Part shown: piece after piece, positions 9,401 through 22,300 of the stretch | How the letters are laid out: each line of letters opens with the position of its first letter | Position numbering within the stretch: position 1 is the stretch's first letter | NCBI GenBank assembly: GCA_028281605.1 | Contig: JANQJO010000022.1 | Span: forward strand, 5,590-69,589 | From: Pseudomonadales bacterium | GTDB taxonomy: Bacteria; Pseudomonadota; Gammaproteobacteria; Pseudomonadales; JANQJO01 | Length of the DNA stretch: 64,000 nt | Reading direction: 5' to 3' | Position numbers and translations under genes: made by a program | Notes under the pieces: model-generated | What the model was told of the DNA's origin: nothing | Databases searched by the model: none | The model's input: the letters and a program-made list of their open reading frames with translations, nothing else

Positions 9401-12400
9401 TGAATGCGACCGTTGTATTTACGGAGTCTAGCATCAATGCAGCTCCACAATTGTTAGATGTTAATCAATCCGTTTATGTTAATGATGTGGACTCTGCCGA
9501 TTTTGATGGGGGGAGTTTATTGGTAACTCGTTTAACGCAGCCGGCAGGTTTGTTGAGCCAGTTTCAGGCGCCAGATGATGAGAGCCAAGATCAATTGGGT
9601 ATTCAAAACCAGGGGCTGGGTGTGGGCCAAATTGGTGTGAATGCAACGAATGTGACTTTTTCAGGTATTACGATTGGAACCATCGCCAGTGATGGTAGCC
9701 AAGGGAGCGCGCTTCGAGTCGATTTTAATGCGAATGCAAGCCTGGAAGCTGTTGAAGCTTTGGTTGAAAGCTTGACGTATGCGAACCTTTCTGACGATCC
9801 GGTTGAAACACGTCAGTTTCGTGTCCAAATCGCAGATGGAGATGGTGGAACCAGTGACCCAGCCGTTGTGACTGTGCACATTACGCCTGATGCAGACGGA
9901 GTAGGTTCAGTGTTGTCTGAGAGACAAACCAACAGCTTTACTGTGAGCAATCAGGATAATCAAAGTGTGGCAGGGTTGGTTGATGGAAGCTATGTCATCG
10001 TTTGGCAATCTGATAATCAAGATGGTTCCGGTAGTGGTATTTTTGGCCAACTTTATACGTCGGCAGGCGTGTTGTCAGGTGCTGAATTTCTTATTAATAC
10101 TTCAGTTTTGGGGAATCAAGTTGAACCTGTTGTGGCCAGCTTAGCCGGTGGTGGTTTTGTTGTGAGCTGGACAGACCAAAATACGGCCGCAGACGGTTCA
10201 AGCTGGGGTGTTTTGGCCCAGCGTTTTGATGCTACTGGGAATCCTGTTGGCAGTCAATTTGTCGCCAATACGACCACCAGCAGTACTCAATACGAGTCGA
10301 GTATTGCTGGTTTGGCAGATGGTGGTTTTGTCGTTGTTTATCGGGATGATGGCGGTAGCGATGGCAGCGGTGCCGGTGTGTTGGGGCAGCGCTTTGATGC
10401 TTCTGGTAACCCTGTAGGCTTAGAGTTTCAAGCCAATACTGAGTTCAGTTCGAGCCAGTTTGATCCCAGTGTCACAGGCTTAAGCGGCGGTGGCTTTGTT
10501 GTGACTTGGACTTCTGTGACCAGTGGCTCGGCAGGTGATGGCAGCGGCTGGGGCACCTTTGCTCAACTGTATGATGCAGCTGGAAGTGCGGTTGGTGGTG
10601 AGTTTCAAGTAAATACCACGACAGCGCAGAGTCAGTATCAAGCGGTGGTGGCTGGTTTAACTGGCGGTGGTTTTGTTGTAGCTTGGCGCGATGACGGTGG
10701 CCAAGACGGCTCGGTAAATGGCGTTTTTGCGCAAAGATACGATGCGTCTGGTGCAGCCCTGGGGTTTGAATTCCGAGTCAATGAAAATACCAGCAGTTCG
10801 CAGTTTGCACCGACTGTTGCCGCTTTGGATAACGGTGGATTTGTGATTGCTTGGGAGGATAACAGTGGGCGTGATGGCAGCGGGAATGGAATTTTTGCCC
10901 AGCAGTATGATGCTATGGGTCATCGTGTGGATGGTGAATTTCAAGTTAACACTGAATTTTCTAGTACGCAATCGAACCCTTCGGTTACAGGTCTGAATAA
11001 CGGTAATTTTTTAATTGCTTGGACATCAAACAGTAGTGGAACAGCTGGTGATGGTAGTGGTAATGGGGTATTTCATCAGTTGTTTGGTAATGAAGCCGAT
11101 TTTATTTCCCAGAGTGCGCCGGTGCTTGAGGGGGTGAATCTGGATGTTACTTATTATGAAGGCGACATCAATGCAGCGCCTGCGTTGCTGGACGCTAACG
11201 GTGCTGTTGCTTTGAGTGATTTAGACAGCGCCAACTTTGAAGGCGGCAGTGTGCAGGTATCTCGTTCGACGTTACCAGTCGCTTTATTGGATCAATTGCA
11301 AGCACCGGATGATGCAACCCAGGATCAATTGGGGATTCGTGATCAGGGTTTGGGAGCAGGCCAGATTGGTGTCAGTGGCGCTAATGTTTTTTATGAAGGT
11401 GCTTTAATTGGTGTTGTGACTTCCAATGGCAATAATGGCAGTGATTTGACGATTGCTTTGAATGCCAGTGCTACAGTGGTAGCGGTAGAAGCTTTAATTG
11501 AAAATTTGACTTATGCAAACACTTCTAATGACCCTGTTGGGTCTCGTCAATACCGAATTCAAGTCAGTGATGGGGATGGCGGTACCAGTACCCCAGCTTT
11601 AGTGACTGTTAATGTGTTGCCTGAGCTTGATGGTGCAGAGTCGGCGGGGCTTGAGACACAAGTGAATACAGAGACTGCCAGCCATCAATTTGAGTCGAGT
11701 GTTGCTGAGCTTTCGGATGGTTCGTTTGTGGTGGTTTGGACATCAGAAACCAGTGGTAGTGCGGGTGATGGCAATGGTCGTGGTGTTTTTGGTCAGCGTT
11801 TTGATGCGTCTGGTAATGCCTTAGGTTCCGAGTTCCAAATCAATACACAAACGATCAGTGATCAAGATGAACCTCAAGTTGCCGCTTTAAGTGGTGGAGG
11901 TTTTGTGGTGACTTGGGCGGATCAAAGTGGATCTGATGGTTCAGGTATCGGTGTGTATGCACAACGGTTTGATAATGCTGGTGTGGCGCAAGGCGCTGAG
12001 TTTTTAGTCAATACCACAATTTCTAGTACGCAGGATGATCCTTCGATTGTAGCCCTGGCGGGGGGCGGATTTGTCATTACTTGGACTGATCATGGTAGTG
12101 CTGATGGTTCAGGGTTGGGCATTTTTGGGCAGCGCTTTGATGCTTCTGGTAATCCTGTGGGCAGTGAGTTTCAAGCGAATACAGAGTCCAGTTCGAGCCA
12201 GTTTGAGTCAAGTGTTGCGGGCTTAAGTGGTGGTGGATTTGTGGTGACTTGGACATCTGTCACCAGTGGCTCGGCGGGTGATGGCAGCAGCTGGGGAACC
12301 TTTGCTCGGTTGTACGATGCTGTTGGGAATGCGGTTGGCAGTGAGTTTCAGGTGAATACCAATACGGTTGGTTCACAATATACGTCAGTGGTTACGGGGC

Positions 12401-15400
12401 TTAGTGGGGGTGGATTTGTTGTTGCTTGGCGTGATGACAGCGGTCTTGATGGTGCTAGTGATGGAATTTTTGCTCAGCAGTATGATGCCAGCGGTGTTGC
12501 TGTAGGCGATGAATTTCGAGTCAATGAAAATACCAGCGTTTCTCAGTTCGCACCAACTATCGCATCGTTGAGTAATGGCGGTTTTGCCATTGCTTGGCAG
12601 GATAATAGTGGTCGTGATGGCAGTGGTAATGGAATTTTTGCCCAGCAGTATGATGCAACAGGTCAACGTGTTGATGGTGAGTTTCAGGTGAATACGGAAT
12701 TTTCCAGTACACAATCGGATCCGGCGATTGCAGGCATCAGTAGTGGTGGTTTTGTAATAACATGGACATCCAATACCAGTGGTAGTGCGGGAGATGGCAA
12801 TGGTACTGGGGTGTTCTTACAGCGCTTTGTGTCTGGTACGGCGACACCGCCGTTGCCTGAATCCGATTTGCTTGCAGAACGACAAGTTAATTTGTTTGAG
12901 CAAGGCGCTCAAGATCAATCGGATGCAGCCACACTGAGCGATGGTAGTTATATCTTGGTTTGGTCTTCAGAGAATCAGGATGGTAATGGTCAAGCGGTTG
13001 TGGGCCAGCGTTTTAGTGCGGCTGGTGAGCGTATGGGTCCTGAATTTATTGTAAATACTTCGCCGTTAGGCAATCAAACTGAGCCTGCTGTAGCTGCGTT
13101 GAGTGGTGGTGGTTTTGTGATTACGTGGACAGATCAGTTGGGCTTGGATGGCAGCGGACAAGGCGTGTTTGCACAGCGCTATGACGTGAATGGTCAGACT
13201 GTTGGCAATGAGTTTCAAGTCAATACTGAATTTAGCAGCACGCAGACAGATGTTGATGCGATTGGTTTGACCGATGGCAGTTTTGTTGTTGTTTGGGAGT
13301 CGGTTAGCAGTGGCAGTGCGGGTGATGGCAACAACTTAGGTGTTTTTGGCCAACGTTTCGATGCGTTGGGTAATACGTTGGGTAGTGAATTTCAGGTCAA
13401 TACTGAATTTTTAGGATTACAAGGTGAACCTTCAATTTCGACATTGGGCACTGGGTTTGTAGTGGTATGGACTTCTAACGACAGCAGTAGTGCTGGGATT
13501 TTTGCTCAGCGTTATGATGTAGGTGGTAACCCATTAGGCAGTGAATTTCAAATTAATGTTGGTGCTAATGCGGGCCAAATTCAACCTAAAGTGGTCGAGT
13601 TGGCAGGTGGTGGTTTTGCTGTTGTTTGGATGTCGCGGGCGGGGTCTGTGGGTGGAGACGGAAACTCAGACGGTGTTTTTGCCAGAGTCTATGATGCGGC
13701 GGGTGTGGCTGTAACCGGCGATATTCAAGTCAATACAACGTTTATTAACAGTCAATTTGACCCAGCTATTGCTGCATTATCGGGTGGTGGGTTTGCTGTC
13801 ACCTGGACTGATGCTAGTGGTGCAGACGGTAATAGTTGGGGTGTGTTCGGTCAAGAGTTTGATGCCTCTGGTACGGCGGTTGGTAGTGAGTTTCAGGTTA
13901 ATCAGGAAAATGCTAGCACACAGTATCAATCCACAGTGACAGGTTTAGCCAATGATACTTTTGTGGTTGCGTGGTCTTCTTTTACCAGTGGTACAGCTGG
14001 AGATGGTGATGATTATGGTGTGTTTTCCAGATTGTTTGGTCAAGCAAGCGATTTTACCGTTCAAGCTTCGCCTGAGTTAGAGGGGCTGCCATCACAGGTG
14101 ACTTTCCTTGAAGATACTTTAAATGCTGCTCCTCAGTTGTTAGACACAACGGGTGCTGTTGCAGTCAGTGATGCCGATTCTGCTAATTTTGATGGTGGGC
14201 AACTGATTGTTAGTCGTTTGACCGATTTTGGTAGTGCCAGTCAGTTTGGTTTTGATGCTGAACAACAGGAGCAGTTGGGCATTCGTAATCAAGGTAACAA
14301 TGCGGGTGAAGTGGGTGTGTCAGGCGCCGTGATCAGCTACGGTGGGGTCGCCATAGGCACGATTGATTCTGATGGTACAAATGGCAGTGATTTAGTGCTC
14401 ACCTTTAATGCAAATGCTACTGCGAATGCTGTTGAGGCCGTGGTTGAAAACTTGACTTATCAAAATACATCAAGCGATCCCATTCCAGCGCGTCAATACA
14501 CCCTGCAAATCAGTGATGGAGATGGTGCTACCAGTACACCGCATATTATGACGGTGAACATTACGGCTGAAACGGATGGCGTGAGTCCTGTGTTTGGGGA
14601 GCGCCAAGTCAATAGTTTTATTACCGGTGATCAAGATTTTCCGAGTGTGGCGGCGCTAGCCGATGGAGGCTATGTCATTGTTTGGCAGTCGAGCGCGCAA
14701 GATGGCTCGAGCACAGGTGTTTTTGGCCAGCGTTACAGTGCCGATGGTGTGATTGTTGGCTCTGAGTTTTTAATTAACTCCCAGGTGTTAGGGGCTCAAT
14801 TTGAACCGGCCGTGACTGGTTTAACCGGTGGTGGTTTTGTCGTGGTTTGGACGGATCAAAATGGTACTGACGGCAGCAGTTGGGGTGTGTTCACTCAGCG
14901 TTATGACAGTAATGGGGTGGCGCTTGGTGTGCAAACTCAAGTCAATACAGAATTTTCTGGTGTGCAAGATGAGCCTTCCATTACCGCTTTGTCTGATGGT
15001 GGTTACCTTGTCACTTGGACTTCTCAAAACAGTGCCAGTGCTGGCGATGGCAGTGGCGATGGCGTGTTTGCACAACGCTTTGATGCCGGTGGTAATGCCT
15101 TAGGCGGTGAGTTTCAAATTAATACAGAAACGAGCTCTAGCCAAAATAATCCTGCAACGGCTGCCTTGGCAGGAGGTGGTTTTGTTGTGACTTGGGTCTC
15201 TAATACCAGCGGCACGGCAGGAGATGGAGACAGTAGCGGTATCTTCGCTCAGCGTTTTGATGATACTGCGAGCCCAGTGGGATCTGAGTTTCAGATCAAT
15301 ACCATTATCTCTGGGGCGCAAGTAACGCCTGTTGTAGCTGGCCTGGACGATGGTAGTTTTGTTATAGCATGGACTGATCAAAACGCTTTAGATGGTTCTA

Positions 15401-18400
15401 GTTGGGGTGTTTACGCTCAGCGTTTTGCAGCAGATGGGACAGCATTAGACAGTCAGTTCCGAGTCAATCAGACGGTTTCTTCTAGCCAGCATGAACCTAC
15501 GATTACATCTTTGGACAGTGGAGGCTTTGTCATTGCTTGGCGTGATGACAGCGGCGCTGATGGCAGTGCTAATGGTATTTTTGCGCAACAATATGATGCC
15601 GTTGGCAATCGTGTGGACGGTGAGTTTCAAGTCAATACTGAGTTTTCCAGCGCACAAATTAGCCCGAGTATTGCTGGATTACCTAATGGTAATTTTGTGG
15701 TTGCGTGGCAGTCTTTTACCAGTGGGACAGCCGGTGACGGCAGCAGTTACGGTATTGCGCATCAATTATTTGGTGATGCCGCAGATTTTAATCCACAAGC
15801 TTCACCGGTTTTGGCTGAAGTCAATGAAGAAGTGATTTATTTAGAAAATACGGTTAACAGTACACCACAGCTGTTGGATCTTAATGAATCCGTTTCATTG
15901 AGCGACTTAGATTCGTCAGATTTTGATGGTGGTAGCTTGTTGGTGACTCGTTTGACTTTGTCTGAGCCTTTGTTGGATCAATTCAATTCACCTGATGACA
16001 GCAGTCAAGATCAATTGGGCATTCGTAACCAAGGCAGTGGTGCGGGTCAAATTGGTGTGAGCGGTACGTCTGTGAGTTATCAAGGCCTTGCCATTGGTAC
16101 CTTGGTTTCCAGTGGTGCGAATGGATCTGCTCTGCAAGTTGATCTAAATGCCAATGCCGATGCACAAGCCGTAGAGGCGTTGATTGAGAATTTGACGTAT
16201 GCCAATACGTCTGATGATCCCGTTTCAAGCCGACAATACAGGATTCAAGTCAGTGATGGGGATGGGGGCACGAGCTTACCTCAGGTTGTGACCGTGAATA
16301 TTACGCCAGAAATGGAACGTACTCCATCATTATTGGGTGAGCGCCAGGTTAATAGCTTTACACTTGGCGAGCAGGATAGGCCAGCTGCTGCTGCGTTAGC
16401 TGATGGAGGCTATGTCATTGTTTGGGAATCGAGTGAGCAAGACGGTGCCAGTACGGGTGTTTTTGGTCAGCGTTACAGTGCCGATGGTGTGATTGTTGGA
16501 TCGGAGTTTTTAGTTAATACTCAAGCGTTGGGTGCGCAAGTGGAGCCAACGGTGGCTGGTTTAGCAGGAGGGGGTTTTGTTGTTGTTTGGACGGACCAAA
16601 ATGGCACAGATGGCAGCAGTTGGGGTGTGTTTGCACAGCGTTACGATGGCAATGGTCAAATGCTTGGCTCTCAAACTCAAGTCAATACAGAGTTTTCTAG
16701 CACACAATACCAGCCTTCTATTACAGCATTGGCCGATGGCGGTTATGTTGTAACGTGGACCTCTCAGACCAGTGGCAGTGCTGGTGATGGGAGCGGTGAA
16801 GGTATTTTTGCTCAGCGTTTTGATGCTGTGGGTAATACTGTAGGCAGTGAAATTCAAGTTAATTCCCAGAGTGCTTCTCAGCAAAACTTACCTTCTGTGG
16901 CGGCTTTGACCGATGGTGGATTTGTTGTGACTTGGGTGTCCAATACCAGTGGTGCAGCAGGTGATGGCGATGGCACTGGTATTTTTGCTCAGCGTTTTGA
17001 TGCTAATGCAAACCCACTGGGAGGAGAGTTTCAGGTGAACTCTGTAGTCTCAGGTAATCAAACAGCGCCTGTGGTAGCGGGGCTGACGGATGGAACTTTC
17101 GTAGTTGCATGGGTTGATCAAAATACTTTAGACAGTTCATCCTGGGGTGTATTTGCCCAGCATTTCTCAGCCAATGGAACGCCTGTTGGTAATCAATTTA
17201 GAGTGAATGAATCTGTTTCATCCAGTCAGCATGAACCGACCATCACGGCTTTGGATAATGGTAATTTTGTGATTGCCTGGCGTGATGATAGCGGTCGTGA
17301 TGGTAGCGGCAGCGGTATTTTTGCTCAAGAGTATGATGCAGTGGGCAACCGTGTAGATGGTGAGTTCCAAGTTAATACAGAGTTCTCCAGCACGCAAATG
17401 AGTCCAGCTGTTACTGGCTTGCCCAATGGCAACTTTGTAATTGCTTGGCAAAGTTTCTCTAGTGGAGGTTCGGCTGATGGCAGCAATTATGGTATTTTCC
17501 ATCAATTGTATGGCCAAGCGGACGAATTTAACCCTCAAGCGGCGCCACAATTGGAAGCGTTAAACAGTGAAGTTACTTATTCAGAAAGTGTTGTGAATGC
17601 AGCGCCACAATTATTGGATATGAACGGTGCTCTAGCTGTCAGTGATGCAGATTCTACTGATTTTGACGGCGGCAATATTTTAGTAGCGCGATTAAACAGC
17701 CCCGAAGCCTTGTTGGATCAGTTTAATACGCCAGATGATGGAACCCAAGATCAGTTAGGCATTCGTCATCAAGGTACCGCTCCAGGCCAAGTGGGTGTAT
17801 CGGGTACTTCAGTAACCTTTGGTGGGATTGCTGTAGGCAGTATTGTTTCGGATGGAGCCAATGGCAGTCCTTTTGAAATTGCACTCAATGCGGCGGCTGA
17901 TGTTGCGATTGTTGAAGCTTTGATAGAAAACCTTACCTATGCGAATAATTCAGATGATCCCATTGCCAGCCGGCAATTTCGTGTGCAGGTCAGTGATGGT
18001 GATGGTGGCACCAGTGAGCCACAGATTGTAACGGTGAATATTACACCGACGCCAGATGCAGCAGTCCCTGTGTTTGGAGAGCGTCAAGCCAATACTGAAA
18101 CGTTATTGGATCAAGATGAATCGGTTGTTGCGACTTTAGGTGATGGTAGCTTTGTTATTGTTTGGACGTCTCGCAGTAATGGTACGACAGCAGATGGCAG
18201 TCTAGATGGTGTCTTTGGACAGCGTTTTGATGCGCTGGGTAACCCAGTGGGCACTGAATTTCAAATTAATACACAGACTTCTAGCAATCAGAATAATGCA
18301 CAAATTGCGGCAACCGAAGGTGGTGGTTTTGTTGTCGTTTGGGATTCGGCGAACAGTGCTCCAGCAGGTGATGGCAGTGGTAACGCGGTTATTGTTAGAC

Positions 18401-19330
18401 AGTTTGATGGTTTGGCAAGTGATGGTACCCCAACGGCTACTGCTGGGGAATTTGTTGCGAATACGAGTACTTCTTCAACACAAGAAAATGCGGATGTTTC
18501 TGCTTTGCCAGGTGGCGGTTTTGTTGTGGTTTGGCAATCGAGTGCTAGTGCAGCAGCAGGGGGCGATGGCAGTGGCTTTGGTATTATCGGCCAGCGTTTC
18601 GATGAAACGGGTGCACTGACGGGTTCAGAATTTATTGTAAATACTGAAACGTCTTCAACACAATCTCAACCTAAAGTCACGACCTTAGCCGATGGTGGAT
18701 TTTTAGTCGTTTGGACTTCGATTACCAGTGGTTCAGCAGGTGATGGTGATGGGCAAGGTGTGTTTGGGCAGCGTTATGATGCAACAGGCAATGCCGTTGC
18801 GCGTGATGGCAGTGCTTTGGGTAGTGGTGAGTCTGGAGAATTTCAAATTAATGTGGAAACAACCAGTACGCAAGAAATGCCTGATGTGACTGCCTTAGCC
18901 GATGGTGGTTTTGTTGTGGCTTGGCAGTCCAGTGGTCAAGATGGCAGTGGTACAGGTATTTATGCCAGACAATTTGCTGATAATGGTTTGCCGATTGCTA
19001 ATGAGTTCAGAGTCAATGATGAACGCAGCAGTAATCAATACAACACGAATGTCAGCAGCCTTAGTACGGGCGGTTATGTTATTACTTGGCAGGACGACAG
19101 TGGGCGTGATGGCAGCTCTGTGGGTGTGTTTGGACAGCAATACGATGCCAATGGAAATCGTTTGGACAGCGAATTTCAGGTCAATACTGAGTTTTCTTCT
19201 TGGCAATATCAACCTGCAGTCTCAGCCTTGGCTGATGGGGGTTTCGTTGTTTCATGGAGTTCTTGGACCAGTGGTACGGCTGGAGATGGCAGTGACTATG
19301 GTATCTTCTATCAGCTTTATGGTAATGCGC
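6439..19330 (+). repeat. Coding super-repeats: about eight modules of roughly seven blade-like repeats each, most followed by a cadherin-like domain (period about 1.72-1.74 kb)
   Basis: Blade consensus is GGFVVxW..(5-12)..DGSG.GVFaQRyDa.Gn.vGsEFqVNt.t...Q..P.va.L. Module starts marked by (E)RQVN / ETQVN lie at about 6475, 8191, 9919, 11652, 12877, 14599, 16339 and 18079. The module beginning at 11652 lacks the cadherin-like part. Confidence 0.8.
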
Positions 19331-22300
19331 CGCCTCAGGTAACAGACGTTACTGTGAATGGTTTTGAAGATACGGCCATTGTGTTGAATGATCAATTGTT
19401 TATTGAAGGTTTTGATGACCCTGATGGACAAGGTTTGGCATTGATAGAAATTGCTGTAGTGCCCACACAAGGGACTTTATTGTTACGTGGTGTTGCTGTC
19501 AATCCTGGTGATCAAATTACTTTGTCCGAATTAGCCTCTGGAGATTTGACATACTTAGGCAATCAAGACTTTTTCGGTGCAGACAGTTTTGGTTGGCAAG
19601 GCAGTGATGGATTAGTGTTCTCGACTGAGGTTGCCCAAACTAATGTTAATGTCGTGCCAGTCAATGATGCGCCAGGTTTAGAGGCTGGTGCTGACGCAAC
19701 ATCGACAGAAGGTCAAAATTTTGCGCGTACTTTGAATTTATCAGATCCTGATCCGGATACTTATACGTTTACGGTTGATTTTGGTGATGGTTCTGCGCCG
19801 ACAGTCTTTAACACAGCGAACAAGTCGCCAGGGGTTAATCATGTTTATGCAACAGAGGGCAGTTATACGGTGACGGTGACTGTTGATGACAATTCCGCTG
19901 CTGCGAATGCACAAGAAACGGATACTTTTGTTGTCACAGTTGAAAATGGTAATCCTGTTGCACGCAATGACTTCTTTGGCACTGACGAAGATACCTCAGT
20001 TAATGGTAATGTGTTAGCTAATAATGGAGCCGGTGCTGATTCGGATCCAGGTGGAGACAGTTTGAGTATTGTAGCAGTTAATGGCAATACAGCCGATGTT
20101 GACAGTCAGATTACTTTACCCAGTGGTGCGTTGCTTACACTCAATAGTGACGGTACTTTTGATTATGAGCCCAATGGTGTTTTCGATAGTTTGACAGGCA
20201 CAGAATTTGGTAGTGATGATTTTACATATACAGTATCTGATGGGGAAGGTGGTACGGATACAGCTACGGTTAGCATCAATGTTAATGGTTTAAATGATGC
20301 ACCTATTGCAGAAGACGATAACGTTGCAACTAATGAAAATGCTTTGCTTAATGGCAATGTTCTTTTGAATAATGGTAACGGTGCTGATGAAGATATTGAT
20401 GGTGGTGTAGGAGGGTTGAATGTTGTATCAGTCAATGGTTCGGCTGCATCGCTTGGTAGTCAAGTTACCTTGGCCAGTGGTGCTTTGCTGACTTTGAATG
20501 TTGATGGTACTTTTACCTATGATCCAAACGGTCAGTTTGATGGCTTGAATGCAGGTCAGACAGATACAGATACTTTTACTTATGTCATTGAAGATGAAGG
20601 GGGCTTGCAAGATGGTGCTACTGTTAATGTGACTATCAATGGTGTCGACTCTCTAAACAGTCCTCCAGTTGCAGAAAATGATGATTTTGGTACTGATGAG
20701 AACAGTGCAATAGCGGGCAATGTGTTTGATGATAACGGTAATGGTGTAGACTTTGATCCTGATGGGGATGCTCTATCAGTTCAAAATGCAGGTACTTTTG
20801 CAACGGACAATGGAGGAATCATCAATATTAATGATGATGGATCTTTTAATTACTCACCGAATGTGGCTTTTGAGACATTATCTGCTGGCGATTCTGACAT
20901 TGATACATTTATTTATACGTTAAGTGATGGTAATGGTGGTACGGATACAGCAGTCATTACCTTTACGATAACAGGTATAAATGATGCGCCTATAGCAGAA
21001 GAAGATGCAATTGTTACAGACGAAGATACAGCAGTGTCGGGTAATGTGTTAGTAGATAATGGAAATGGAGCGGACAGTGATGTAGAAGGTGATGCCCTGA
21101 CAGTTACAGAAGTCAATGGCAGCGCAGCTGGAGTAGGCACGCAAATTACTTTGGCCAGTGGAGCTTTACTGACTCTAAATGCAGATGGAAGCTTTGACTA
21201 CAATCCTAACGGTCAGTTTGAATCATTAGGAGTAGGTGATACAACGACAGACAGTTTTGCTTATACCATCAGTGATGGTAATGGTGGAACGGATACGGCT
21301 ACAGCTACGGTCACCATCAATGGTGTAAACGATGCGCCGATAGCAGAAGACGATGCAGTTGCTACAAACGAAGACACAGTAGTGTCGGGTAATGTGTTGG
21401 CAGATAATAGTAATGGGGCGGACAGTGATGCAGAAGGTGATGCTCTGATAGTTACAGAAGTCAATGGCAATGCAGCTGGAGTAGGCACGCAAATTACTTT
21501 GGCCAGTGGAGCGTTACTGACTCTAAATGCAGATGGAAGCTTTGATTACGATCCTAATGGTCAGTTTGAATCTTTAGGAGTAGGTGATACAGCGACAGAT
21601 AGTTTTGCTTATACCGTCAGTGATGGTAATGGTGGAACGGATACGGCTACAGCTACGATCACCATCAATGGTGTAAACGACGCACCTATAGCGGAAGATG
21701 ATGTAATTGCTACAGACGAAGACACAGCAGTGTCGGGTAATGTGTTAGCAGATAATGGAAATGGAGCAGACAGTGATGTAGAAGGTGATGCTCTGACAGT
21801 GACAGAAGTCAATGGCAATGCAGCTGGAGTAGGCACACAAATCACCTTGGCCAGTGGAGCGTTACTGACTCTAAATGCAGATGGAAGCTTTGACTACGAT
21901 CCTAACGGTCAGTTTGAATCATTAGGAGTAGGTGATACAACGACAGACAGTTTTACTTATACCATCAGTGATGGTAATGGTGGAACGGGTACGGCTACAG
22001 CTACGGTCGCCATCAATGGATTATTGGATGTTCCAGATAATCAGTCACCAGAAGCTTTAGATGATGCTATTGCTACAGTTGAGGATGTTTCTGTTAGTGG
22101 AAGTGTCTTTGCTGATAATGGCAGTGGAGTTGATAATGATCCAGATGGTGATTCTTTCTTTGTTACGCAAGTCAATGGCAATGCAACTGGAGTAGGTACG
22201 CAAATCATCTTGGCCAGTGGAGCTTTACTGACTCTAAATGCAGATGGAAGCTTTGATTACGATCCTAACGGTCAGTTTGAATCATTAGGAGTAGGTGATA